64,000 bases of DNA from Antedon mediterranea (lineage: Eukaryota > Animalia > Echinodermata), in the NCBI RefSeq assembly GCF_964355755.1, contig NC_092671.1:19282001-19346000 (forward strand), in the 5' to 3' direction. The translations under genes were made by a program, and so were the position numbers. Shown one piece after another: positions 1 to 15,200 of this stretch. Every line of letters starts with the position of its first letter. Position 1 is the first letter of the stretch. The notes beneath the pieces are model-generated. The model did not search any database and was not told where the DNA came from. It worked only from the letters and a program-made list of their open reading frames with translations.

Positions 1-270
1 CCTAGAGCTACATTTATCACATGCATTCTCAAGACTCAAGAGAGTGAATTCTGAGTATACATGCTAACTACTTGAGAGGGTTTCACCACTAATTGGCAAT
101 TATCATTTCTTGAGCTTGCATATCTAGTGGAAGTTGACTCTTGAAACTACTCTCTTCGTTTTTACTCGCACATACTAGCTTACACCTTCTGGGAGAGTTT
201 GCTTTTTGCTCTTGCAGATCTTCATCAAGAGCCAGCACATTCTGTTTTTCATTCGTCAACTTTTGCACTT

Positions 271-3200
271 TCATCGTCTTGCAAGCTTAAGGACAATAGA
301 GCCCTTAGGTGTAACCTCAACCTTTTTCTGCTTCATTACCACTGTCCACTCAGGATCATTAGGATCTTCATTTGGATTATCTTCAGCATCTGAGCTGAGT
401 TCTGATCGAGAGCCTGACCGACTCAATGTAACAGTGCTCTTTGGCGTAGAAACCCCACTAGATTTGCCAAAATCCAATTCTTGGTATGCACCAGGAATCT
501 CTTCTAGGTCTTTAGTCTCTTCCTCTGTAAGTGGAAAAGTTCGTAATGGCCACGGGTCTACCATCAATATCTCCTCTTCCAAGTCTACAGTGCTTTCACT
601 ATTGTTTGAAATACGACGTGTACTTCTCTCCATTGTCGCACATGCATCAGGAACAGTGATAGGCGATGGTGAGGGTGTCACAGATGTACTTGTTGGGAGT
701 GAAGCAACTGCAAAAGTTGTATTAAGACCATCTGACATCTGTATTTCACTGCTGTTTAAGTCTGGTGAGACTGGCGGCAATGAATCTGGTGTTGTTGCAC
801 TAATTGTACGCGATCTTCGTGAATGATTTCTCTTCATATTACTATGTGAAAGATCTGTCAAAGCTCTAATGTACAGCGACTTCTCCAGGACTTCTGATTT
901 GTTGTGTCTCAATTGGATGGCTTCAAAAGTTTGCTTTTCATCCTGTAACATAAACACAAATTTGTTGATTGATAGATTGATCGATAAACACACAATTTAG
1001 ATTTCCATTATACATTAATATTATTGGGAGTTGCATTTAAATAAATATGAGAAATAAGAGGAGAACTTTAATTTTCCAGAATTATTTATATTCTGCACTT
1101 ACCATTAATGTACATAATTATAATATACAACTCTGTTTAGACATATAATATATGTTTGCATAATGTAGAAAACTTTTCTGCAAACTACCAAATGAACATA
1201 CATTTGCATAAATTATTGATTTAATGACAATTACATTATTATAAAAATTGTTTTTTTTTGTTTTTCCCCAAGCTGACCAGTTTTGTTCTTACATACCTCA
1301 TCTGATAAATCATCTGCTGTTTGTAAAAGACTATTTCTCTTTGATACTTCATCCTCTGTAACCAGTCTCCATTTTGGGGTCACAATCTCTTTGTATTGTA
1401 GTTTTTCAACACGTGTTGAAGCCAAGATGGAGTAAGGAATGACAATGTTATCAATATCGTACGCATCATTAGGATTAAACTTGCGTCTCATTGAGTTAAG
1501 CGAGTTTGTTGGCATGGAGTTAAATAATGTGTTCAATCCTTGTCCATCAGTTGTTGGCGTGTTTGTTCCAGAGGGCGTTTTACAGTTTATATCCGTCAGT
1601 GAAAGACTACGTGCCCGTTTCTTTAAAGCAGCTACACACAAGAGAAAATGTTTTATTAATTAATGTTGTATTTTCTTATAATTGTGTGGATGCGAGTGTG
1701 GTAGGCACAGGGTGATTTCAGCACCACCAAAGGAACATCCAGATATCAGAGGGTATGGTTTTGTTTTGCAATGATGAAATGAATGAACTTTTTAGCATTG
1801 TTTGTTTGCGTTTATTTCGAATCCATACATCATATATATATTAACAAAAATCTAGCTCTTTGAATTGTACACAAGGCTGTCATTATATGAAGCATATATT
1901 AAGCATGTCTTGTCTTGGCGATACTTACCAATAGCTAACTGTGCTGCTGCCCGTTTGTTTTTTATGTCGGTACGACATTGCCGTGATATATCTAGCAAGC
2001 CCTTTGGAGTTGTTGGTTGTGAATGTGAACGGGATAAGATCTTGCTTTCTTTTTTCAGTTGCTTTAGTTCACGCAATTCTACCAGTAAATAACATTTAGT
2101 TTTAGTAATATGACAAAGTTCATTCTAATCAATTTGGTATAACCTGATCTACTAGATAGAATGAAATTTATTTTAATTTTACCATTTTAAAAAGCGTATA
2201 CACAACATTTTTGGTATAAAGATAAATTATGATACATTTTTGGTAGATTAACCACATTTTTACAGTTGTTACTTACTTGATGCAAACAGAAAAGATGAGG
2301 TTTTAGACAGTTTTCGCTTTGCCTTTTTATCTCTACTTGACAACCGAGATTTCCTACAATAAAAACAAATTCATTAATAATATTACAACACAGTAAGCTA
2401 CACTAGATTTGAACTCAGGTGATCCATACTGACAACATTGTGATGCAAGATATTAACAAAAGTAATTGACTTGGTCCTATAACTAACCTTTATGAATGTC
2501 AACTTAAAAATTATTAATAGGAAATACACTTGATAAAGATGTATTGTCGGGCCCAAAAACATGAAAAATGAAGATTGAATAACTATTATGGAACATCAGG
2601 GAGAAAATATATGTTTAAAAAACAAAATATAATAAGAACAGGGAAAAAAACAAAAATGGAAAAAGCCTAGTGTAGATTTGATTAGATTGAATAACTATAG
2701 TGAGCCCTCTATAGTTACTTAGTTGAATAGTTCTATGCATTCACAATCTATTTTATAAGAATAGTTTTTCCTTACTGATAAGAATTCTTTTTGTTTAGGC
2801 AATATATAATTCTATACAAATTAAATTTGAAATAGAGAAATAGTTGAATATGGTACCAATTTTGTTGTTAATACAAAGCATGATTGGTGGATTGGCTTGC
2901 CACCTTCATACTACTGGAGTAGCACTAACATTTCATTTTGTTTAGCCATTTGGCGAAAGTCAAAATATTTTTTTTAGTCAAATCAGTTTATCTATAGCCA
3001 AAATGGCTAAAGTCAAATTTTTTTATTTAGCCAAATGAATCGGTTTATAGCCAACATTTAAAATTTTTGAAAAAACATTTTAATCAATATATCTATGTCA
3101 ACAGGTCTATACACTGTTCCCTGAACATTTTTGTAAGGCATTGAGATAAAGAACCATGCCTAAATCACTGTATGATTTAAAAAAAAAATATTTTTTTTGT

Positions 3201-6200
3201 ATTTTTTTTACATGATCAAAACAATTGTTCAAATTGTTTTTAATCACACAGCATTCATACAGTTATCAATTTAATAACAAACATTTTACAGTTTTCTGAA
3301 ATCCCCTGAACACTATGTTACTTTTGTTTTTTACGCTTGGCTGGTCATGTTTGCGTGCGACGGCTTCCATGGCGTACCAGGCGAAAATCGTGTCCTAGAA
3401 TCACCGCCGCGCAGCGGGTTAATGTTTTTAAATTGGGTATGCTCAAGAGGTGCGAAAGTGCAGAACCGCCGGCCTAGGCCTACAAAATTATGTACAACAA
3501 CGCAACGGTACTGTATATCGTATGCTAAAAATATTGAGGAAAATTCCTAGCAAACGAACACTCATATCGTTGTTAAACGCAAGATAATATAGGCCAAAGC
3601 ACAGAGTACACGTCTTTCCATCCTTCAAGGCTGCGCCGAAGCGTTTCTGTCAGGGCGAGAAATTTATTCCGATTATTATTTATTTACACAACAACAACGC
3701 AGAAGCCGGCGACCGGCCCCGCTCAGATGCACACGTGTGTGTTTAGCTAAATCCCCGTTGGACTCTACCATTTCCCGCATGTTTATTTGTTTACACTGAC
3801 GCACGAGGGAAGTTTATTAAGGGTAAAATATGAACCTACATTAAATTGAAAGACTCTAAAATGCATAACGCATACATTTTTGATTTCGATAAGATTAAGA
3901 CGTCATTCATCCAAGATACTATAATGTTTCTTTTTAATCTGAAAAGTACACCCCTATCGAAAAATAGACAATCCCGGTAATTAGCCGACCGTCGGCTACG
4001 TAGTCGATCGTTTGTGCAGCGCAAAACACGTGATAGTTTGGGTAGACTTCATCATCCATGTGTCGTGTAACGTCTGTCTCTCTGTGCAGTCTACCTCTGC
4101 TATCTCCATCTTTTTGAAATACCAAAGAGACGCCTGGTACAACGAAACAAGTTGACGAAAAATGGAGCTTGAAGTAAACAACGTGATAACGAACAAAATA
4201 AATGCTTGGAGATCGACAAAAGAACCTTTTAGTTGGACTTTATGCTTTCGCCAAAATGATTATTTAATTATCTATTTTATCATATGTCATCGCCAAAATG
4301 GCTAAAGTAGCCGTTTTATTTTTCGCCAATCTACAAACGTTTTCGCCCATGGCGACTTGGCGATCGGCCAGTGCGAGCCCAGTACTATACACTATAACTA
4401 TAAGAAGTACAACCATTCTTTGTTTTCATGTTATTTTTAAAAAGCATGTGTGATATTAATAAACGTTACATACTTCCTATTTTGTGTTTTGTTGTTGGAC
4501 CTTCGCTGCCAGTCACCATTAGTGATTAAGTTTTCTAATCGTACTGTAGCAGGAACATCTACAAATAAAACAGAAGAAATATATTCTATTAAAATAAATC
4601 ATTATTATTATTATTATTATTGTTTCAAGGTGATAATCACTTCCAAAAGATATTATTTATAGTTAAACAATTTCACTTTCATTAAGATTCAATTTAAAAA
4701 CATATTAATTATTGTACCCTTACAAATCGTGTAATACTGTAAGTAAGACTCGTGTAATAATAATATTTAGTATTCAATAGTTCCTTTAATGGATGTCTTG
4801 CCTATTGTCAGTTTTTCCAGGTAGGCTACTATTATTGTTTCAAAAATAATTTCAAAAAGATGATATATTCTAAATATAAGGGTATGTTCAGACTCACTGC
4901 ATTAAGGTAGCATATGTAAGCGGAATACATATTTTTGTGTCTGAACTAGGATTAGCGTTAGATAGTTAATAACCCTAGCAGGAGAGGGTACACATTTAAT
5001 AATCCAGTGATGCATCAGTGATTTTAACCCTAAACCAATGAAAAGACACGAATACAACTACATACCTGTACTACCCTAGTTTACGACGAAATAGCTACGT
5101 TAAATGTATTTTCAAGTTTTCAATTTTAAAGAACAGTACAGTTGGCATCAGTGATAAGATCTTTTCATAAATTAAATCAATTAATCAGATAATTGTCCGT
5201 GTAATAATTATGTTCTAAATTATTTTGAATTATAATGCAATTCTGCAAGTAGTAAGAACAAATCAGTATATTTGAATTAACATTATATAAATAAAAAAAA
5301 CCTAAAAAACAACTTCATGATGTCAACTTTTATGCATTGTCATGAATGTATACATAGTTCTGATCATAGTGTTTTGATGCAAGGCATTGTAATGTTGATC
5401 ATTGTGTCTTATGGATTACTGTACACCTTACATAGATAACGTTACCTTAACGCGGTGAGTCTGAGCATACCCTAAATTTACTGGCATCGGGTATTTTGTT
5501 ATAAATTTGACCAACAAGTTGTAACCTCAGACATGAATTCATAAAACTGATATTTGGTTGTTTTAAAAACAAATTCTAAGGTTTCTTTAGATGGGAAAGA
5601 TAATATAGCAATATTATTTAAATTTTTATTTAGTTTATATGCAAAGTGTCATTTTAATGTATTTAACCTGTTACATTGTTTTGATAGCAGTTGTTCACAC
5701 CAATTACTTTCACATTAAACACAAACATTCCATCAAATAGGATAAGTCAATAAATGGACAAGTTCAACTCAAATTGTGTTGATAATTTGTTGCCAGGATG
5801 TAATCAATATAGTGAAAGGTGGGAGAATAACACAATGCACAAAGAGTGGTCCATCATCGCAGTTAATATTATACAACATATATGTCTTCAGGGTAACGCA
5901 AGATCCACACCGAAATATATGAATTATCCTATGCCAATTATTTAATTAATAGATAAAAAAAATCTTCATTCATGCTTTAAGTCATTTGCCATTAATTAAT
6001 ATCTCATCACCAAACTAGTGTGAACTTTTCTTTCACAAAAATGGCAGCAATTTGTTTTCCAATTAGAATTTAATTTTATATCTAATTTAAAAATAGTCCT
6101 TTTTAAACTGTTGCAATCAACTGTTGTAAACAATTTCAATCTTCATACATTCAAGTTATATAATTTAGGGGTCTTCCCACAATTGGTAGTTGTAGGCTTG

Positions 6201-9200
6201 ACCAGAACTAAAAATATCTGACCACTACACTGGTACTATATTCATATTGGTATTTATCCCTAAAACAAAAAGATTAAAACATGGCAGCAAAAATGCTGAA
6301 TTGCGTTTCAATTTACAAAATATGTATAAAACTGGTTAAAATTACTGATAATTGAACATCAAAATACATATGAAGAAAGAGTAAAACTACATTAAAAGGC
6401 AAAAATTACAAACTATTCATTTAAAATCTAATCAAATATGGAACGGGACTGAGATTGTGTTTGGTATCACAACGAGTTTCAACAAATGTGTGTCTGTGCC
6501 TAGTATTAAGGGTTGTAAGATAAAAAAGCATGTAGTCTAGAAAAATCTCTAGAGGCTTTTGGCAAATAAGGTACAAAGTTCTTGACTTCTATCAATAAGA
6601 AATAATCACTTACATTACATAGTAAAATCAAGTCAATGTTAACTTGTGAAATGAATAAAGGTCGATTGGAATATTAGGGAGTTTTCGCAATCTTACGAAT
6701 ACGATAACGAAAACGGATACGTCACGCACACGTCCAAAATATGACTGCGGTAAATTTGAGCGAATCGCAGGTACGTGTTGCTTGGTGCTTGGCTGCCTAG
6801 GCCTAGCGTAACGGCGATCAACATCAAATCGAGTGAGGACTTTAAAAACTGCTATTTATCAAAATTGAACTGGTATTTTAGTAAATTACTTTAGTAAATT
6901 ACTTTCAATAAAAGTATAATTATATTATAATCATGAATCATTCCTGATTCAAATGCAAAATGTGCAAAATAGATCAAAAACTATACTCGTTTTTAGTTAC
7001 GAATATGACTGGTGATATTCGTCAACACGAATACGCTTTACGAATATGAAATAGGGATCAGCTCAAAGGTTTCACAAATGTGTGACGTATCCGTTTTCGT
7101 ATTCGTAAGGTTGCGAAATCTCCCTATTGTTTTTATTAAAATAACCGAAGACCGACATACAACATTATTGTTGGAGAAATTTAGCATTTAACCTAGGTAG
7201 GTACTAGAGAGAATGTCCTCATGTGTATTCCATTTTGTGTTACAATATCATGCTTTAAAATCCAATGGGAATGAAAATCCACAAGACCGAAACAAGGCAA
7301 ACATAATTGAATTTTACTTGTTTTAACATCAACATATCAAGTCACCAAAGTGAAAACCCTGCCTGTGTCGCATTGTTATGTTATTGTTAATTACATCTAA
7401 TTCTAATTGATGGTGGATTGCAATTTGTGACTAATGATTGATAGGAAAAAAAAGAGGGGGAAAAAGATCAATCCTGGGGAAAACATTGAATTTAGAAACA
7501 ATATTTTCGACAATTATTCATAATTTCTTTTTAAAAAAATTAAAAAAATAACCCAAACAAAAGTTTTTCTCTTACCTTTTTTGAAGGACAGGACAGGGTG
7601 GTATGAGTAATCAAGTAATGATAACCTCTCTTTCTCAGGCATAAAGTTTGTATCTAATGGCTTTAAATTATTATACCGGCCTCCACACATTACACATGGC
7701 ATCTGCGGCTGACAACATTTACATTTTACAGTTGATCGTTTTGCAGCTTTCCGACTCAAATAATGCATGCCACCTGATCTAACAATGCGCCTTTTTCGGT
7801 AGTATTTTACCGGCCTCGTCCTGGCACAATATTTTTCCTCGGTCGTCTGTATTTGCACTGAAAATGATGTTGGACTAGGAGTATTTGATTCTAATCTTAT
7901 TCGTTTATGCTGATTGTTAGGCGTTTCTAGGTTTGTTTTTGTTCCATTTATGGTAGTAGTTCGATTTGGATGAATCTTATCTCCACCGCCATTGGTTGCA
8001 TGTTGGTGCGGTGTTGGTGTTCCTAAAATTGGCGATACACAGTTTTGAAAAGATTTTTGTAATTTTGCACTTTGTTTATCAACATTACATAGCAACATTG
8101 AGATGTTGGAAGGGGACAGTTCATTCTTGCCTTCTAATCTGGCAATTTTCGCTTCAATCGGTGAAAGCTTTTTACCAGATCTGTAATTACTGTTTACAGT
8201 CTTAATTCGAAGAATTTCTTCGGCAGATGGCGGTTCACCGAGTGTTACAGCACCTTTTGTGGAACGAATCTGTCTATGAATATCATTTTGCTGTCTAATA
8301 CGATATTCTAAATCCGATACTTGTGCTTGTAACCATGTCCATCGACTTGCTATAGCTGATCTTGCTTTTGCCCACCGCCATAACGATCTTTTATGTCTAC
8401 AATAAAGAAGTGAAATATGGTCAAGTTAATTTTGTCATTATTAATATTAGTAGAATATATACATTCATTATAATAACAGGAATATAATAGTCTCAGTCTG
8501 AGTAAGATTCCATGATCTACTTGAGAAATGAGGTTTCATCTTGAAATGTCTGCAATTAAAAGTATTTTCAACACAGTACAAAATTGATTCCGTTATCTTG
8601 TAATGAATAATACTAATGAATGTACTAATTCCACCAAGTTCATCAGGGATTAGAATATTAACAAAATTAGAAATGATTTGTTGAGACCGTCCCTTACTGT
8701 AATGGTTCTTTGAGTAGGTGGTGCAGGTGAACAGTTACATTCATATTTAAATTAGCAGTCAATAGTTGGTAGCAACAAAGTAAATTTAGTGTGTTACTAT
8801 AAAGACAAATTAATTCTAAAGGAAAAATTTGAATAAAATACCCATATCATTATCCCAAATAAAATCTCAATGAAACTGCATTGAACATAGCATTAATCAT
8901 ATTTTGATTAAATTGAAAAATATGCATACTAGAAAGTTTTTATTTTCTTTCCTCAAATATTGGAAAAAGCTCTTTTTGTTTATACAGTGCAGATCATTTA
9001 CATAAAATAATGTATTAATAAAGTAAACATGATTTTTAAAATTTAATTCAAAAAGGTGAAGAAATAATTTTGGAAAATACACCCACTACATCCCATCCAC
9101 ACACCATATTTATACAATTTCCTGAAATATTTATACAATTTCCTGAAAATTGTTTAGGGAACTTTCACTGTTCTCATTGGGAACAGGTCTCGCCCAAAAT

Positions 9201-12200
9201 AAAATCACCGAACAAGTGTGATTTATAGCTCACCTGATATTTTTATATCACAAGTCCTGTATTTAATGTTGTTACATAGAAGTTTGATGTTTAAACATAG
9301 AACAAAGACACTAGTGCCTTCAACACTAGATTAAAGCAAGTTGAATGTGATCCCTAACTTATGAATTGAGACTAGCTCATAAAACAATCTATTAGCATAC
9401 AACAGTAATTAAAACCACTCAGACTAGATAAAAAACAAATAAAAGGTCTTTATTTAGATATTTGTATACCTAATTTACCTTTTCTAAACGTCGTTAATAA
9501 ATTTGTAAATTATCTTTAAAAACATGTTCTTTTATATACTACTAGTTGTATTTAAGTTGTTACTCATTTAAAGTAATAAACACTCCGTATCTTATCTTTT
9601 AATGAATGTTGGTATTGGTAATATTTTCTTTGATAAATTGGCAAAATGAATGTGAATGCCCAATGCAAGAACAAGGCTGTCAAACTCTGCCAAGCTAGGT
9701 AGTCGGTGGTATCATTAAAAGGGTCCTCATCAAATTACATATAATTACCATTCTTTTATTTACAATAATAATTACAGTATTTTTCACGAGATGTACATAA
9801 AATATATAAGGATTGACTTCATAACTATATTAACTGCCTTCAGGGCCGTAGCCAAGATCTGTCAAGGGGGGGGGGGGTTCGGACACTAAATATTTGGGTC
9901 AACCCCACCCCCAGGGTGGGGCCTGATGCGAAGCGAATTTTGTTAAATGACACCCCTAGATGGCCGGAAAAGACACTCGTACAGCAGTGCATGCTACCAA
10001 TAAACAAAAAGATCGTACCTTTTTCCTCCTCCTCAAACATGTCGATAATTTAAAGGACGATAACTATTTGTTGCCGTATGTTAGATGCGCGTGCTCTGTG
10101 CGGAACAGCTGATTGTTTGATCATTTACTCCGTATTTTGTTTTGCGTTCAAGTTCAATGCGAACGTACATCTAGGAGCAGCCCCGAAAAAAGCACACTGG
10201 GTGAAGGCAAATGCTATTTGCTAGCTCTATCTATAATATTTATTTACAGCAATTTGTTGAGGAATATAAATATGTAAATAGGTGATATTGATACATTCTA
10301 GTACGTATCGACTGGTGGTCTAGAAAAAAAATAATCGGATGCCATAATGTGAACTACAGTACTTGATACCATAGATATTATAGTGTAAAATATTAATATT
10401 CACTATAATCCTCTATGATACATTATACTTCATAGTCACACATAAATACTGATGTACGTCGGAAGGCTATACTTTATGCATGCTGCCTGACCGCCAGTGA
10501 TCTAAACAATTATAGGTACGCAGTTGTCTGGCGGTGTCCTTTGTACGAATCGTTCGTGTGCCAGCTCGCTATGAGACGCGTCCATATCATGTTACATGCA
10601 GGGACCAAACATTTATTTTTCAGGTTAAAATCGGCAATTCATTTGCAGCTTTTAGAAATTTACAGACACGTATCGCTAGTTGACGCTCATACAGAGAAGT
10701 TTACGAATTTTTCAATTTACAAACAACTTTTTGTACTGTGGGGCACGTATTTGGAGGATTTTTGGAGATGAGGGTGAGGTATTGGGCATGTCAGGGATAG
10801 GGGTTCGCAGTCGGTTAAGGGGGTTTGCTGTAAAGGGGGGTTCGCCCGAACCATAAAAACCCCTCCTGGCTACGGGCCTGGCCTTGTTGTGTCCAAATTG
10901 TCTTTTTGCATTTAATTCAGTTATGGTACACAATAATTACATGGGTTACGTATATTTATGCAAAATTTAAATCAAAATGATTACACTTGTTATTCTATAA
11001 AATACAGGGAAAAAATGTAAATTGTTGTATATTTGTAACCAGGAAATTGATGCTAAATGCATTTTGCATTACTTACAAGTGTGTTGGTAATAACACTCAT
11101 TTTACATTGACAATTCCACATAGTTAAAATTATCACTAGGGTTTCACAATTCCAGATAAAATGCACATTTTGTTATGGCAATGTAAAAGGGGGGTATGTC
11201 TCTCCATGACATATTTCAAAGTTGAATAAATTACTGTACTGTACATTTTTGTTTCTAAGCAAAATTTTGACAATGAAATGGGGATCAGCTCAAAATTTTT
11301 AATATGTAGGATGTAAAGCATGTTTTCCAATTCTTTGGCGAAACTGTAATATGCAGTGCGTGATCGTTATACTATAGACTTAAAAATAAGTAACGATTAA
11401 TGTTGTCACTATATTATAAAATATCATGTTACAAGATCTATCTATAAATACAGTTGAACCTCTCGTAAGCGGCCACCCTCGTGGTGGCTGCTTTCGGGAG
11501 GTGACCGCTTACTTGAGGTTTTGCCGATAGAGGGCCAAAATCATGATTTTTGGCTCTGCATGATATTTTTCGGTGTTACGCAATGAGCCACCAGTGGGCC
11601 TACAATAAAATGACTATTTTTTCGCAAATGTAGTGTACGTCGATACACAGTACAAGACGTAAACCTTCGCCTGGAAAGTAACTACAGTACACATTTTGGT
11701 CCCTGGATGGAACATATCACACATCTGGACCCAATGTTAAACGATTTGTACAAAGGGGTACCACCAGACAAGTGCGTACCTATTGTTAGTAGTTAGATCC
11801 CTGGCATTAATGAATGCATTACGGTCAATGGAACGTCGCGGTTTTCTAGGCGCTAAAGCTATGAAGTGAATGGGAACGATTTTTACTATATATTATAATA
11901 GATGTAATCTATTCCCCGACCCCAACGGTTGGGCTAGGCTCCCCGACGAGGGGGCGAGAGGCGCCTTAGGTAATTAATGTACCTGTGATTTTAGATGATT
12001 AAGTATTCTTTCAAATCGTTAATGAATAATACAATAATAAATCAGAATAAAATGGTACATTCCACTTATATAACGTGCTGCAGAACCGGCCCCAGCCTAA
12101 TGTTGTATGCAGCAGCCCATGCAACGCACACATTGTACGTCAGGTTTTCGGGATTATTTTTAGCTAGCTACTAGGTAAGAGATATTTGTACTTTATTGTG

Positions 12201-15200
12201 TATTGGGGGCTGGACTAGGGGTAGGCCTTAATACTGTGATAATTTGCTTTCTCCATTTTGGCAAATGATGCCCAATTTCTTTTCGCCAAATGAGACCTTC
12301 AGTCACCTACGGCGAACGGCTAGCATGCATGAATTATTATGTAATTATAAATGGTAGAGTCAAATTCACGCAAGTCGGAAAATTGCTATCAAGTCAAATT
12401 TTTATGATATTGAAAGTCCCAATTCTTTCCTATACATTACTGTGTAATTTTTATTTGCAAGTCAAATTTGTCCAAGTCAAAATTCGACGTCTTTTTGCGG
12501 TCCGAATACACACATTCTTTAGTGATTTATATCGAATAAGTCAAAGTCACAAATCATGCGACAAAAAAGCTGATAAAATGTACATAATTCGATACAAACA
12601 ACAGAGCTGATAATGTGGGACCATATCGGTTCTTTCAAGCCTATAACTCGTGCTAGTATACTGAGAGTTGTTTGTTTTAGCGTTGAGAACTGGAGCGGCG
12701 TTTTGTGGGTACCCATTTTGTGCTAGACAGATGGCAATAAACAATGGATAACGATTTTGAATAAGAACCGAAATGTATTTATTATACATTTTCTTATTTT
12801 TACGGCTTAAACAATAAAGAAAATACAGTTTTTCATTGCCGATAACGGAGGTTAAGCATTTATTAGACCTAGCTAGCTAATCAAACTCAATTCAAGAAGG
12901 CTCATCGTGTGGGCCGCGATCGCGACAGGGTCTACTATAGCCTAGGCTTAGCGCGGCTAGTGAGTGAACCTAGCTAGGTCTAGGCCTAACATTTTTTTTT
13001 ACAAATCTGTAAGTCAAAGTTCGCATAACTCAAATTTTTATTAGTCTTACTAGATTCAACTTAGGCGGAGTCGACTGAATAAACTTGATGCATAATATTT
13101 TTACATCACAATTGCTTGAGGTAAACATATGGTACCGTATTTTTTTTGTCCATTCATTTTTTTTCAAATTGAATACTTTATTTTTATGTTTGTCAGGAAC
13201 TATTTACAATGATTAATGATAAACATAGTCTTACATAATATGCAAATTTTAGGTACATACTGTAGCCAAGAAATTAACCCCCCCCCCCCCCCCCCGCCAA
13301 AAAAACAAATGTTGTGCACTAGTCTTACTATATTGTGTGATCACAAAACATTATTTATTACAATAATCTACAAAAACACTAAAAAGGAAATCAAACATTT
13401 TTAAAGTAGTGTTAGTCAACTATAAATTGTCTCTATACAGTGTATATATACAGTACCAGCACAATTAAATGTGTTGTATCCTGATAAAGGGGCGGGAAAT
13501 AAACAAATAACAAAACAAACAAAAGGTAAACAAGGAATGTATGAATGCATGCTATCTAGGAAGTAAATATTGAAGATAAATCTCACTACAAGTTGGTATC
13601 TTATACAGACTTTATACAACACTAGGTAAATATCTTTACTTACTAAAATATGTTGAAATTATATCAAAAGTAATTATAATAATGTTGCGTATTTTGATAC
13701 TTGTATTGATCATCAATAAATTTTGGTCAATGAATAATAACATCACAAAATTATGAGAAGATCCCCATAATATTTACTGTATATAAGAAAATGAAGGTTA
13801 TAGGAAGGAGCAGATAGTAAGACTAGAGAGGCTTGGCAAGTAAACAGAAACAAATGTTGTTCGATACATAAATAACATCGAAAAAATTCCTGATTATTAT
13901 GTTTTTAAAGAAAGGTAATTAATGGGTCAACCTCTCAGATCAAAGTTAGACAGAGAGACACAATAGGACCCACTTAGAAAATGCTTGTATATTTATGCCT
14001 AGAATACTGGGTTAGCTTTCACTATTCAACAACATATCATTTTGTCAGCATCATACCTACAGTACACTCAGGAAACCACACAATTTAGAAAATAATAAGT
14101 TTCCATAATATTAAACTAAGGGTCCTCCTGATATTGGGAACCAACTTTTAAAAAATATACACTCGGACAAATTGGCTCATCAAGTTTACTATAAATTGCC
14201 ACGGACATTAGATAAAGTGATTCATTACTGTGTTTAATTTAAATTTGTTTGAAACTAGAAAACAATGATTTACTATAAATTTAAAGGTATCTAAATCTGC
14301 TGCTAGAAAGGGGACCTAAACGCATCAATTAAATAAGTATTTCATGTCTTTTATTTTATGAACATTTTAGCACAAGAAAAAAATAACAAAAGGAATTTCT
14401 TTGAGTTTGAAAAATAAATGGATTATACTCAAGATTTGTGATGGGAAGGTACAAACAGGGATCATCTAAAATACCAAATATTTACAGAGACCTTTAAATA
14501 TTTTCAAGATGTCAATAAAAAAAATGTGAAATTGAAAACAATGAACTTTACAGTACTCTCTTCTGTAATTCATTATCGAATACTTTAATGTTCCTATTCA
14601 AGATGGTCCCTAAGAAGCGGAAAATTATGTTCTACTGTATCAGTATTATCTTTTCTGTACATTAATGACCTTCATAACCCCTCCCCCTCTCTTCTAAACA
14701 GGTGATCTACTGACGCTGTACCTAAGGATGTGCACCAAGTGAATATCATGTTTAACATTTTACTTAAAAAAAGAACAAAAATTGAACAAAATTGATTTAA
14801 AACCTAAATCATAATTATATGCAAACTAAAATATCAAAAAACATGATAAGCTGTACGTAAATTTTAAAAAAAATGTTATATTATAAAAAAAAAAAAGTAT
14901 TGTACATTTGATTGAAATGATGTAAAAAATATTTAAAAAAATCAATACTCACAAAGGTACTTTATGGAGTTTTAGTAATGACTTGTTCATATCATCCTCT
15001 TCTTTTTCACCATCACTTTCACCCCCTGAACTACTTTCTGTTGCATCAGAGTCAATAGAATTTTCCAAGTGCCGAAGATCTGCATTTAAGTTCCCAATCA
15101 CAACATGCATATCACTAGCTTTTGGTTTTATAAATTCCTCAGTTATATGAGGAGATCCCTCATGGCTAGTTAGGCCTACTAAACTTCCATTACTGCCAGG

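Noticed and set aside
89-274. 61-aa ORF whose ATG overlaps the KANSL1 stop (ATGA), suggesting reinitiation or a frameshifted C-terminus
   Set aside because: KANSL1 already reaches the expected length and ends plausibly (DPNDPEW...IVLKLARR). No slippery site or homology was seen, so it is probably a chance 3'-UTR ORF.
206-826. 206-aa plus-strand ORF
   Set aside because: Antisense shadow of the Ser/Thr-rich last KANSL1 exon; no recognisable domain.
3836-4196. Three short overlapping minus-strand ORFs inside the hAT-like element
   Set aside because: No transposase or zinc-finger motif could be recognised with confidence.
13278-13296. Poly-C run (also poly-G near 9865, (ATC)n near 34783, (TA)n near 57568)
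   Set aside because: Ordinary homopolymers and microsatellites; the proline-rich ORF 13216-13404 is an artefact of the run.
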